Positions 1 to 12,439 are shown, numbered from the stretch's first letter. The stretch is 64,000 bases of DNA from Macrostomum hystrix (GCA_950097015.1 CATNEN010000038.1:20460001-20524000), one strand, 5' to 3'. A program made the numbers and translations. Notes: generated from the letters alone by a model not told the origin.

Positions 1-457
1 AAATTTTCTAGCAAATACAGCGATATCGATCAGGCGGGTTAAAAGTGACCACCACCCAAAGGTTTGGTGAATAACAAAATGATGTACGAAATAACAAGAA
101 CGCAATATCAATGTAGCAGAGGGTATTGGCGCGGAGCAAAGCAAAATAAGTGCAATCCTGACAATATCGTGGCATGTGAGTACATTATATCACTATAAAC
201 ACACATTGATAAATGTAAAATCTATCTTATATCTACCTTTCATTAGAGGCGGTTAAGTAATTCTTACGGCTACATTTATTACATTGATAAGAAGAATCCG
301 AAATTTGATTTATATAAACACGCCACCAAACAGAACTATAAATTTTATTTGACTTCCAGTAACAACGCCCAGCAACCATTGATATCGCTACTGACATCAA
401 TATAGCAGATTGGCGCCTTTCAGGGGCGTCTAATCTAGCACAGTAGGAGCGGTTGCC

Positions 458-2588
458 ATGCTAGTCGAGCAGCAGTCTCCAATTGAAGAGTCGGCAACTA
501 TCTACCTGTCTCCATGCGCCGATTCGCATCCGTTTACAGACCGTTGCATCTCCGTGCCGCGTGTTCCATCTTTATCCTCATCGTCGGCGGTTCGAATCGG
601 TCGAGCCAGCGGTCAGCTTCGGCCGGCTAAGGACAACGGCCTGTTCGATTGCAAAGTACTGAGCAGGTGTCACGCCCTTCTAGGCTATTCTATAGACGGC
701 TCCTTCCTGCTGAGTGACACCCGCAGCAGCAATGGCACATTTGTCAACGGTGTTCGACTTGAGCGAAATCGACCCTGCAGCCTGTGCTCCGGTGACGTCA
801 TCCAGCTAGGCGTGCCCGTGCGATGCCGCGACAAGCCGGTGTTCGCCTGCGTCAAGGCGCGCATTGTTGACCTGCGGCATCCCGATGGTCAGCCGGCTAT
901 AGCTAGTCGAGCATCTTTGCGACAGCGCCGACGGCAACAGCAACGAAATCGTTACCATGGCGACGATAGCGAAGAGGATGAAGGCGAAGGTGTTGGTCAG
1001 ACCGAATTGCTCGCTCGCTGTCTGGAACGCGCCATGCAGCGAGAACGCCTCCTCGACTTGAAGCTGGCCTGCCTGCGTCGACGTCAGCTGCGTCGACAGC
1101 AGCAGAGGCGCGGCACTTCCTCCTCGTCGCTGATGACAGACGAATCGTCTTTGGCAGACTCGGACGATTCCTCGGCCGATTCTGGTCGGCTTCGTTTAAC
1201 CTGGCGTCGATTATCGGCCGATAGTCAAGCCGTTGCCCGTCTGAAATCTTTAGCAGCCGATGCAGCCGAAGTTGACATTAGCGGCGGCTTGGCTGAAATC
1301 TCCGACGCAGCCACCGACGCCTGGCTAGCCGAGCTAGATAGAGGCCTGGCCGAGCGCCAGGCTATGATTGGTCGACTGGCTGATTTGGAGGCCCAGCTAG
1401 ATCTGGGCGGACGCGAGTGCCAGCATCTATTAGCTAGGTGCGTATTGTTGACACGAGTGCCACTAGATCTAAGACTGGAAGTAGCTCGTACCAAAAAACT
1501 ACATATATATTCTGATGGCCCTTGAGGGCCAACCTTCAAGGTACAGTGAAAGTGTACACTATCTGACAATTAGAAAGTCAGGGCAGATGTGCCCACATGT
1601 GTGAGTGTGTGCTCAAGAGAGCACATGTCCGTTCAGGTCCGTGATTATTATTACTATCGAATAAATAATTGTGCTTGTGAGGCACATAACTCAATCTAGC
1701 TCATAACTCTAACTCAATTCAGCTATTTAAACTTTTTGTGTTCTTTAACTGACCAACAGATGCGACCAAATCGCCGGTATGCTAGCTGCTTCATCTACTA
1801 GTAGCAACTCTACCGAGCATCAGCACCAGCGGGGTGACATCGTCGGCGTCGCCGCGGCGGCAGTCGCCAACGGCGGCAGCGGCAGTCCAGCGGTGGTTGA
1901 CACCCTTGCCGTCGGTGTTCAGATTAGTTTAGTCGAGGAGCTGCTAGACTATGTGTTGGACAAGACTGGTCTTTGTCTAGACGCCGTTGTCGGCAACTCT
2001 AGACCAGTTGACGATGCTGCCGATATTGAAACCGCAGCTCTCGGTGATGTCAACGATGATGAATCCGACGGTGCTACACTGCGCCACGTTATCAAACGGC
2101 ATCACCGGAGTAGTCGTCGTCGAGATGTCGACGATGAAGACGAAGATCGTCGCCAACTAGATGATGATGTCGACGATGCCGCCGATATAGACGATTTAGA
2201 AGCCGGTAGGGATTATCGCCTGTCCGAGTCGCTGCTGGCCACGGAGAGGCGAGTAGCCGAGCTCATTAGCCGGTTGGATGCCGAGCAGAGGCGCTACCTA
2301 GCTAGCGGCGCCGAGCTTGGCGAGAGCGCCCAGCAACTATTGGACGAGATGCGTCGGCAAGCGCAATGGCTGGACGATTCTTTGAAATGCAGCGGTGACT
2401 CGGTTGGCCAGGAAAATGAGCTTCCTGGAACATTGCAGGCCGATTACGTCAGTAGCCTCAAAAAGGATTCAACAGAAACAGCTGTCAATCCGGATTGCTT
2501 CAGTGCAGACTGGTGGCGTATTCTACTAGGCGGCGTGTTGGTAAGCGCTGCTTTACTGTTTCTAAGTTATTTGTATTTTTTAAGTTAA
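458..2588 (+). CDS. SLMAP: SLMAP-like FHA-domain, coiled-coil, C-terminal tail-anchored protein; join(458..1437,1760..2588)
   Basis: FHA motifs GR...NGLFDCKVLSRCHA...DTRSSNGTFVNG...SGDVIQLG. Donor AG|GTGCGT (1437/1438) and acceptor CAACAG|A (1759/1760) join the two ORFs in frame (phase 2). C-terminal hydrophobic segment WWRILLGGVLVSAALLFLSYLYFLS. Confidence 0.8.
1517..1650 (+). mobile_element. SINE family A fragment in SLMAP intron
   Basis: Contains GAGGGCCAACC...GTGTACACT...GAAAGTCAGGGCAGATGT shared with full copies at 2611, 29004 and 55349; short (ATT)n tail. Confidence 0.75.
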
Positions 2589-2610
2589 ATCGCTTTTGTG
2601 GCTCCTTTCA

Positions 2611-2900
2611 GGGGGGTGAGTGGCAGAGCGGTTAACGCGTTTGCCTCTCAGACCAAGGTCCCTGAGCTCGATTCCGCGGCGAGGCCACATTCATTTGGGG
2701 CGCAGCTGCGGAGAGAAGACTTGGGTGCTTGTCGTGCAATTTACGCCCATAAGAGCCAACCTCCAAGGCACAGTGAGAGTGTACACTGTCTGACGATGAG
2801 AAAGTCAGGGCAGATGTACACACCTGTGTGTGCCACCACCCCTCCTCGCTGGTCTTGTGTCACCAAATGATGTGCCATTGCCCGCAGCCCTCCTGCAATT
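2611..2900 (+). mobile_element. tRNA-derived SINE family A, internally deleted
   Basis: A box TGGCAGAGCGG, B box GCTCGATTCC, shared body and 3' end TGCCATTGCCCGCAGCCCTCCTGCAATT. Confidence 0.85.
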
Positions 2901-3130
2901 TTTAAAATTATTCTTGCTTCTCTCGTCGCTGTCTTTAACCACTTACAGGATTCTTGACTGGCTTTAGCTTCATAGTTTCTTGATAATTGCCCCTATTAAC
3001 CCTGTCAACGTGCAACGATAATTAAGAATATATTGGTCTTTTGATTATCCTATTGAGCAACATGTATGCAATGTTCACTCGCCTTGGCAACATATAAAAA
3101 TCGTAGTTGTTCTTAGCAACGATTTGTTCC

Positions 3131-3395
3131 GATGATTGTCCTTAGCAACTTATTAGTCTCCTGATTGTCCTTAGCAACTTTTTAGTCTCCTCATTGTCCG
3201 TAGCAACCTATTAGTCTCCTAATTGTCCTTAGCAACCTATTAGTCTCCTGATTGTCCTTAGTGACCTATTAGTCTCCTCATTGTCATTTGCAACCCATTA
3301 GTCTCCTGATTGTCCTTAGCAACCTATTAGTCTCGTGATTGTCCTTAGCAACCTATTAGTCTCGTGATTGTCCTTAGCAACCTATTAGTCTCGTG
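3131..3395. repeat. 29-bp minisatellite (TGATTGTCCTTAGCAACCTATTAGTCTCC), about 9 copies
   Basis: Direct tandem periodicity. Confidence 0.9.
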
Positions 3396-4371
3396 ATAAT
3401 TATTATTTTCGCATTAATTTCAGCTTAACGAGCTAGCTTCAGTGTCGGCATTGGTCCTGTTATTTAGTCTGACAATTTATCTGCTATTGTATTGGTTTTA
3501 AGTGTTATTAAACTTTTCTCCCTGACAGAGGCCTGCTTAAAATGAATCTCTACGTTAAAATTCAATCTAAGAAATGTCACTTTTGCCTGAGATTTCCGCA
3601 GCTGTCGCTCTTATTTAACAGAGCATTCGTGTCTGATAAGTTCTCAGTCGGCCAATAGATTTTTTGTTCTTATCGTCTTGCAATAACATCCCTTAAATCA
3701 TTACTGACACCATTTTTATCAAGACTTTTGTGATCTATATTCTGTGTTAATGCCAATTCTTTGCCTGTTCTAATTGTTATTATTTAAAACAGTTACATAA
3801 CCATGTTACGTCTCGCTATTAATTCGTTATTAAAAGTCCTGTTACTTAGAGCAAAAAAGGTCGGAATGTGATGCTATTGTGATCAAGAGAATTATTTGTT
3901 TTTTTGCAACTTTTTCTATTGCTTTTGAACTTGCCTGATTAAAAAATGGTATTTGACCCCAGGCCGGTCAAATAGTAGTCTGAATGTTTGAACACTGGAC
4001 TTACAACCTACTTTAGATTTTTTTGCTAGCAACTTTTGAAAGTACAAACTGTAATAAAAAATATTCTCTTACATTCTTGTACAAGTACTTGACTAGTCCT
4101 AGACTCCTAGTCTGTTGCGTGTAATTTATATTTGCTCCAGTACAAGTCCCAAGTCAGCAATAATGTTTCCTGTTTGCACACAGTTCAGGGCAAGGTCAGT
4201 AATTTTTTCATTCATTTTTGCAATTGTAGCGTGGCTAATTGGTATGAAATGCACTTTTACTTTTTGTTTCACAGCTGTATGACAATTTTATGTAAAATTT
4301 GATTTCTTTTTTGTTCCGCGATTTTTTTGTATGTTTCACAAGCAATGACGTTTTCGTTGGGTCTTTGTGCA

Positions 4372-4626
4372 CCCACCCCTCCAACTGTACACTCGCTGCG
4401 ATAAGACCACCCCTCCAAATCTACACTCGGTACGATAAGACCACCCCTCCTCCAAATGTACACTCGCTACGATAAGACCACCCCTCCTCAAAATGTACAC
4501 CAGCAGCGATGAGGCCCACCCCTCCTCCAAACGTACACTCGCTGCGATAAGACCTACCCCTCCTCCAAATGTACACCCGCAGCGATGAGGCCCGCCCCTC
4601 CTCAAAGTGTACATCTGTCCTGATTT
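4372..4626. repeat. About 37-bp minisatellite (CCACCCCTCCTCCAAATGTACACTCGCTGCGATAAGA) ending in a reversed SINE A fragment
   Basis: 6-7 degenerate units; right end GTGTACATCTGTCCTGATTT matches the reverse complement of SINE A AAAGTCAGGGCAGATGTACAC. Confidence 0.8.
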
Positions 4627-5637
4627 AGCCGCCAAAACATCCGTCTCACTGTAAGTTCGCTTGCAAAAAATTATTTATCATTTGATATTAGCAATTTATT
4701 TTGCTTTGCGCAATTGCAATTTGTGATTCTTGATCGCTGATTTTTGTAGTGAATCGTCCTAAATTATTTATTTATCTTAAATTTTCAGTTACATTTTTCA
4801 CTGTAACTGGCCTAGCCTATTACAACTAGTCATAGTAAGCAATTTAATTTACATTAACAATATTTCGGTACTGGTCCGTTTATATATATTTTGAAATCGT
4901 TTTGTTTGGTTTGCTGCTGTTTTTTAATCATGTACAGTTACCGATTTCGCAATGATAATTTTGATTAGCAATCTGATATTGAAAGTTGTACTGATTCTAG
5001 TACATAGTGTTTAGGAATTTCTCTTGTGGTCTTTCCTTTTTTCGGACCAAAAGAAGATATAGAGATTTAATTTCAACTTCTTTTTCTCAGTTTTGTGATT
5101 TTTCTTAGGCTGGTATATAAAGAATCTATTTTATAAGTTTCTGTGTTGAATTTGACCTCTTAATTAGTCTCCTAATACATTATTGCACAATGTGATTATG
5201 GAGATATTATATAGAGATTAAAGATGTTAAAAATAGTTTAGAAAACTAAAAATATTTCTTTTTCATTTTATAATGGAATCCTTTTTGTGTATAATGAAAA
5301 AATAAGTACAACACAGTCACAATGCCTAAAACTGTTTTTGAAACGTATTTGGTTGCGGATTAAATTTAGTTTTATTTCCTTTATTGGTTTATTGACCTTA
5401 TCTATTGACCTTATCTATTATCAAAGTTTTACCATGCTAAGTCTAGAAAAATGTTCTGAATCCCAATTTCATGTAGAAGTCTTCGAGCATAGAGCATTAG
5501 CATTAGAGCCTTTTAGCATATTTTCAATATTAAAATTTGTTTCAATGTTATATTTTGCTGTATTTTGATTTACTTTACTTTGCCATCATTATTTCGAACT
5601 GCATCTTTTCCCTGTCTAATCAATTCACTGTCTGATT

Positions 5638-5880
5638 TCTCCCTGTCTCATATCTCATCCGTCCCATATCTCCCCAGTCTCATATCTCATATTTTACATA
5701 TCTACCCAGTCTCATATCTCCCCTGTCTCATATCTCCCCAGTCTCATATCTCCCCTGTCTCATATCTCTCCTGTCTTATATCTCCTCTGTCTCATATCTC
5801 CCTTGTCTCATATCTCTCCTGTCTTATATCTCCTCTGTCTTATACCTCCCCTGTCTTATATATCCTCTTTCTAATCTCTC
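5638..5880. repeat. About 17-bp TGTCTCATATCTCCCC minisatellite (GTCTC family)
   Basis: Degenerate tandem units related to arrays at 14.5, 23.4, 24.9 and 61 kb. Confidence 0.85.
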
Positions 5881-6113
5881 TGTTGCCTCATTTCTTCGAC
5901 AGACATATCATTTCTTGTGTTTTTCATCTTTCATCTGTAAGTTTGTCGACTCTGCCTTCGATGGTGCACTGAAATACCTTTATTTCAAAAGTGTAGATCT
6001 CCTTCCACTTTATAATTAGGCTGTTCATTCTCACTAATATATTCATTTGAAAGCTTACTGAAAGAATACCTAAGATTCCTTTGCCACGAACCCGCTGCAG
6101 CATTTGATGCACA

Positions 6114-6722
6114 ATGTTTAAGTTAAAACAGCAGCAAGCAGCCGCAGCCGCCGCAGCAGCTGCTGGATCCCCGGAATCCGGTGGCGCCCCAACTGACAGC
6201 GGCACCGTCGGCGGAAACAGCGGAGGCAGAAGTCGCACAATTTCAACGTCTCGAGATCGTCTATTATTGAAAGAGATGTCCGAACTGCAGGATGTTCTAA
6301 CACAGCAGCGGACAACCTTGCACCTGCCAAATCCCAGCGTTCTTTCCGAATTCGTTCTTACCATATCGCCTTCTGAAGGCCTCTGGGCTGGCGGTCATTT
6401 TAAATTTCTCGTTCGAGTTCCAGAGGCTTATAATCTTGCACCGCCGGAGGTGATATGCCAGACAAGGCTGTGGCATCCAAATGTCAGCGAGCAGGGCGAG
6501 GTCTGCCTGTCATTATTGCGCTTAAATTCTATCGATGGCTTCGGCTGGTATCCGACTAGGACACTGAAGGATGTGGTACTCGGTCTTGAATCGCTGTTTA
6601 CAGATTTATGCGACTTTCATGACGCGTTAAACGCTGACGCTGCTGACCAGCATCGGTGCAATCCGCATGCATTTCAACTGAAAGTTACCGATTATATACG
6701 TCGATACGCTTGTAGGAAGTGA
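6114..6722 (+). CDS. UBE2F: NEDD8-conjugating E2 enzyme UBE2F, single coding exon
   Basis: UBC fold with HPNVSEQGEVC(catalytic)LSLLR; UBE2F-type insert SIDGFGWYPTRTLKDVV; C-terminus KVTDYIRRYA; N-terminal ISTSRDRLLLKE. Confidence 0.92.
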   Translation: MFKLKQQQAAAAAAAAAGSPESGGAPTDSGTVGGNSGGRSRTISTSRDRLLLKEMSELQDVLTQQRTTLHLPNPSVLSEFVLTISPSEGLWAGGHFKFLVRVPEAYNLAPPEVICQTRLWHPNVSEQGEVCLSLLRLNSIDGFGWYPTRTLKDVVLGLESLFTDLCDFHDALNADAADQHRCNPHAFQLKVTDYIRRYACRK

Positions 6723-6856
6723 GACTAAAGTGAATTTCAGATTCGATCTTATTAATCACATTTAACAAACATACTGCGTAAAGTTTATTTGAAATCAAAT
6801 TGCTAATAAACGAAAAGTAAGGAATTTTAACGAAGCTTATATTTGAAAGGAGTTCC

Positions 6857-7120
6857 AGCCAATTAGCGACGAGGAAGTAAAGATCAAATATAAGTGAATG
6901 TGTTGCAGCCAATCAGCGACTTGGAACTAAAGATGAAATCTGTGTGAATGTTTTCCAGCCAATTAGCGTGGAGGAGGAAAAATCGAATCTATGTGAACTT
7001 GTTTTCCAAGCAATCAGCGATGACGAAAGTAAAAATGTAACCTGCGAACAACACGGAGGTCTATGAGCGATGAGGAAGGAAAAACATAATTTAAATGATG
7101 AATAAACTAGCTGATTAGGA
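6857..7120. repeat. Degenerate ~52-bp repeat with CAGCCAAT(C/T)AGCG core, 4-5 copies
   Basis: CCAATTAGCG / CCAATCAGCG / GCAATCAGCG recurring at about 6859, 6909, 6959 and 7010. Confidence 0.6.
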
Positions 7121-8349
7121 ATAAGGCATAGGAAAAACTGTAATCAATTATCTACGAACCAGTGGAAGAATGCTTCATTAAAATATCAGTTAAAAATCTA
7201 GACTGTTTTCTAATCTTCAAAATTACAGCCTTATATAAAATGTTTTTTTATTAATGTGTGTTTAAATACAACTTTGTATTAACGGATTGTTTGTGTAGAT
7301 AATATTTATCTAATCCACTAACCTGCTAACCCGCAAAGTTTTGGATTACTTCCTTTTTTTATTTCTTATTTGTTAACGACAACAACAAACTGCCGTTTGT
7401 AAAAAAATAAGAGTTTCCTAGTGTCACGTCTTCTCAATTTAAAGTTTTGACGATTGTGTAAGCAGCCTTAATTTGTTTTCTTTTCTAACTACACGTAATT
7501 TTGAGTGTCAGCTATCTGTCAAATGCAGTGTCTCAAAAATATTACAAATGAAACAAAATCGTTGGTTTTTCTTTGACTAAATCATTTTACAGTACAGTAA
7601 ATGACCTTCTAAGTCCCGTGTTAAAAAGCATGCGCGTTGCATTGCAACGTTGCAGTACAACAACTCTACTGCAGCTGACCTACTACCTTACTACTTGTAA
7701 TTAATGCTAAATTCTTCACTCCGAAATAGCAGTTCAAGCGATGTAATTTGTTTATTAATAATGATCGGTTAAGATTGCGTTTTTAGATCGCAAAAAATGG
7801 ATTTTTTAACTTTGAACATAATTATAATTCTATAATCTTTCTCACTTTTGTTCCACATTTTACCCCAATATGGGATTTTAATCCCACAATCTACCCCCAA
7901 TGGGTATTCGAATCACTAAATTTTATAAGTATTGCTGATTCCATGGTATAATCCCTGTATTGTCCATTGTCCGACAGATTTTCTCACTTTCAAGAACTAA
8001 TTTAACTCTAAAGTGCTTATCACGCTTCCAAGCTTGCAATGCATTCTTATACGTATTTCATTTCTTAATTTCGCAAAGCAGATGTTAAGTTAGTATTCAG
8101 AAAAAAACTTAAAGTTGCATTGCTTTAAAGCACAAAATCCGGTAACACGGTAATAAAATCTGATAATGTGTCTCTGTAATAATTAATGGTCTTTCAGTTA
8201 CATCTGCTCTTAATATGACTAATTTGTTCAGCATTACAATTTTCTAATATCTTTATTACGAGAATTTTGAACTTGTCTAGTTGCTCGGTGAAATAAAGAT
8301 ATTCTTTTTAGCTAAAACTGTTCATTCAGGCATTCATTTTAGGTCTAAT

Positions 8350-11300
8350 CGCGGACCCAGGGATTATAAGCAAATGGACTGGAAGGCTAAAAATAACCCA
8401 TACCACAAGGGGGCATTAGTTTCCTACACAGCTTTTCTGCGGAGGGGCCACTTAATCTGAAACCGAGGCGAATCCGCAGTTAATTATTAGTAGGAATCGG
8501 CAGACTGACTGGAGAGCTTCGCAATCTTCCGCTTCCTTCCGCGCTCCGAATCGCCAGAAACTTCCTTAGCCAGGTTCTTCATCATGCAGTTGAAGAACGC
8601 TTTAGACAATCCTGTCTTCACATCATGTCCATGGGTGCATGTTGTGAGGTGGGTGAATGATTCTAGAAAAAGTGCGTCGTCGGTCATTTTGTCCACGAGT
8701 CCACAAAATACCAGCTGCTGCTGCTGAGCGCACATGAACTCCTGCTTCAATGTCTCCTTTCGCCGAATATCTTCGAAAATTTTCCAGCAATGAGTGCCCA
8801 AAGCAAAAGCAAACTCAGTTGGCTGGCAGAGACCACCTCGGTTGATCTGGTCAATGAAGGAGGAGGCCTGTGTTGGAACCCAGTCAACATCCAACTGCGC
8901 GGCAGCATCTTCCTCTAACAGCAGTTCTCTGCACGAATCACACCTTCGGTTTTTCACCAGAGTTCGGGCAACAGCGGCAAAGACGTAATAAATTACCGTC
9001 TGATCAGCAGGAGCTGGCTCGCAATCCATGTCTAGCTTTACGGCCAAGTTTTTGACACACTCCTGAACAGAGCTGCTGCTGTCGTCAGGCTTATCGATTG
9101 CAGCGTCAATCTCCTTAAGTGAGAATTCAGAATATTTCAGCAGACTTACAGCGGCGATCTTCCTGCTGTTCTCCTTGACCTGACGAGCGGAAATGTAAAA
9201 ATTGGCTTCTGACATCAGACTGCAGTGCTCCAAGGAGAACAAATGAGAGTCCTTCATGATCCAGAAGATGAGCTGCGCAGGCGGCCAGAGCACGACAAGT
9301 CACTCGACAAGCAAGGAACGGTTCTTTAGACAAGCCAGGATACCCAGACTTCTCCCAGCTCTGCAATATGTAACATCGAGTCAACATAAAAAATGGAATG
9401 AAAAGCCTTACTTCTAGAAATTCCAGACTCCAGAAGAAATTGCAGCTTCCAGTCAAGCGAAGAGCGCACAGGATCCTGGCTGATGTCACGTTTCGCTTTC
9501 CCTTTGAATGGAGTCCTGGCGTTCAAAAAATGCCAGAGCTTCAGCACAAGGCTGATGAAATCTGCAGTGGCCTGCCAGATCTTGCCTTCGTGCTCTGTGT
9601 AGCACCGCAGCGCATTTAGAGTGCTCTCATCGAAGACTGCCGCTGTCAGCTTCACCGAAGTTTTCTCCATGCTCTTTGGATTAAGCACGGCAGGGCTGAG
9701 CTTGTGCGCTAGCTTCAATGGCTTGGTTGCTTCCAGCTCGTAGAGCCGAACAATGTGTCCAAAGTGAGCCTCAGACACTTGTGGCCGAATTGGAAAGGCA
9801 GGAAACCGAAATTCTCCTCGGATTTTAAATTTATTGTAGATGTTCTTCAAATTGTGCACTGGATCGAACAGCACAAAAACAGGCTGTCCAGTTAATTCAT
9901 CCATGAAGCAAAGGTTGAAGTTGTTGCCGCACAGGCCTCTGACAAACTTGCGGTTCACTGCGGCATTATCAACGCACACTGCACAAACGGTGAAATTCAA
10001 CTTTCTTAAGACACTCATCGCCTGGTGAAACCATTCTGTAAGTTTCTTCGCAGTCAATGTTGCAACGGCATGCATCGCAATTATGTCCTTGTATTGACTC
10101 GCTACAGAGCGGATCATGAAGCAGCAAAGTGTCTTTGCTGTAGCTCCATCTGCATCCAGTCCATTCAACTGACCATTGTACTCAACCCGATTGGCAATGT
10201 AGATCTCATGGATTGCAAGGACGACAATTAAATTTCTCAACTTTTTCAAGCTTAGATGCCCGAAGCTTAAGATAGCCTTCGTTATCCAGACCTACCTTAG
10301 AACCAACTCTAGCTGTGATGGACCTCAAAGTGCGATCAGATGGCAGACCAAGTGCTTCCTGCTCCAGCATGGTCTTGTATGCAGCGGCACTGATTGAGTA
10401 AATTAAATACGCAAAAACGAGAAGCTCCTGCGAGTACCTGCGAGCAGAGGCTGGCTTCCTACTCAGCTTCAATTGCTCCAAAGCAAAGCTCACCGTTCGG
10501 TTATCTGCCAGCTCTTCCACCTCTTCTAACAGGTCTTCAGTCATATCCAGCAGATGTGAAACTTTATCGTCAGACTCGGCTGTATCCTCCTTCAAAATCT
10601 TGATTCTCGACATGATGTTAACAAGCTGGCTAAGGGTCGAGACCTTGCCATTAGTCAACAGATCGACAAACCTATTCATCTTCAGAGGCAATCCACGGAA
10701 TCCACATGTGAAGGTGAGGTCTTCTGCCAAGCAAATATAGCACGCAACATGAAAATTGGGCTCCATCTCAAGCATGTAAATGCACAGCTTGTCGTCACAC
10801 AGAGAGAATTGAAAACATGCTGGCTTACTCTCCTCCTGATCAAGTCTGGAGCGCACGTCGTGTAGGCTGCAATTGAGTCGGCTTCCTGAAAGGTGTCGAT
10901 GGTGCTTTGCAAGGCACTGAGTTCCCGCTCCAGACGTTCAGAAGAAGTCGCCGCTGTTGATCTCTGCGGCTTTTTTTCAGAGGACAGGTAGGATGGAGCG
11001 TTGGGAAAGATGGATGGCACAGCCCCTTGTTTCAAAAGGCGTCTTAGTAGTTGCTCCTTGCTCTTCTTACGTGCGGCGTTTGTATCCATGGAACTTTCAA
11101 CGAAGTCGTCCGGATGAAAATGTCTGGAGCAAATCCTTGAGTTTTTTGTTGCCTCAAACTCCTGCCTTGGATTGGCTCGCTTCCACTTTTCCAGAAGGGC
11201 GGGGTCCTTCCATGGAAAACTATGGAAGCTGACTCCTGCGACAGTTCCATTTGCTCGATTTGAGCATCCGTACGCTGAGCAAGCCTTCACCATTAGTGGT

Positions 11301-11623
11301 CTTCACTCTCAGAGTCTCAGACAATTATGTGTGCTAGTTAGCAAAAACAAGGAGAGATCGTTTTTAGTACATGCTGTACAGTGCAGCAATTATTGTAGTC
11401 CACTACAGGCCACAACCCCGGCTGAAATACGAACAGGGACGAATTGGAATGTACATTGTAGAGAGAGCTTTTTAGTGTACAACGAAAGCTTTCTTTCCCT
11501 CGTGGAACAAAGACCCCCCCAACTGGGGGACAGAAGGGAGAAGCATTGCCCCCTTGTGGTATAGGGTGGAAAATAAAATTATCTCTCCTTCCAGTCCAGT
11601 TGCTTATAATCCCGGGGTCCACG
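8350..11623 (-). mobile_element. P-element superfamily (THAP9-type) DNA transposon, full length, transposase frameshifted
   Basis: TIRs CGCGGACCCAGGGATTATAAGCAAATGGACTGGAAGG (from 8350) and CCTTCCAGTCCAGTTGCTTATAATCCCGGGGTCCACG (to 11623); flanking 7-bp duplication GTCTAAT at 8343-8349 and 11624-11630; internal THAP and transposase reading frames. Confidence 0.9.
8487..11293 (-). pseudogene. THAP-domain P-element transposase split over four overlapping or adjacent ORFs
   Basis: THAP C2CH MVKACSAYGCSNR..FHSFP..W..SRICSRHF..AVPSIF; LPSDRTLR; VCVDNAAVN; FDPVHNLKNIYN; SMEKTSVKL; IYYV..CDSC; RGGLCQP. First catalytic DE appears as HE and the SQDxxE region appears deleted. Confidence 0.85.
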
Positions 11624-11802
11624 GTCTAATAGTGAATGTCAATTGTTGCCAACCTTAAACGTCTATGGCCACGCCTTGCTACAACTTGTTTTGCTAAACT
11701 GCCCCTAACTTAGGGCCATAGACATTCGGAGCGTACACCGATGATGAATTGCTGTAAATCTTTAACTGTCTAGGGGTATATAAGAGGCGCCCTAAATCAT
11801 AA

Positions 11803-11951
11803 TCAAATCGAGCAAATGGAACTGTCGCAGGAGTCAGCTTCCATAGTTTTCCATGGAAGGACCCCGCCCTTCTGGAAAAGTGGAAGCGAGCCAACCCAAG
11901 CCAGGAGTTTGAGGCAACAAAAAACTCAAGGATTTGCTCCAGACATTTTCA
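11803..11951 (+). repeat. Inverted ~149-bp copy of the THAP coding segment 11115-11263
   Basis: Reverse complement of the element's THAP region with about 2 substitutions, located outside the TIR/TSD. Confidence 0.92.
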
Positions 11952-12439
11952 CCATATGTTTAATTTCAAAAGCATTAGTGAACTTCTAGCCATTCTGAAC
12001 TGTACCATTGACTCCTAGCAACTTAACTTTTTAGACTTCACTTGGGTTCTAAAATGTTCAGTCTATTTCATCCTGCCTTTTGTTTATCTTTTAAAGCAAC
12101 TCTTCGACTTCAAAATCCCAATGTCCCATGGCTCGCCCCCTTATATGCAGCAATAGAAAAATAGGTGGGGTGTAATTTTTTGGACAAGTCGACTTTTTGC
12201 TGCTAAAAGTACACGATTTTAGTCTTCTGTCAACATGAATCGCGGAACATGGCTGGCGCTCTGTCTCCCCGATGGCATCTTATCTAGTTTGGAATTAATT
12301 TTTGTCTCGTCTAAAAGTAAGTGAATGAATGTGCATGAACGTGTAAGGTCTAAAACTCGCAATTAATAGTGAAGCATTAATTAAAACGTCGAAAAGTACG
12401 GAATTAACTTCACATATAGAAATGACAACCTGGCCCAGC

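Noticed and set aside
8487-11293. Domesticated host THAP9 gene
   Set aside because: TIRs and TSD are present and the frame is broken three times with catalytic motifs altered or missing.
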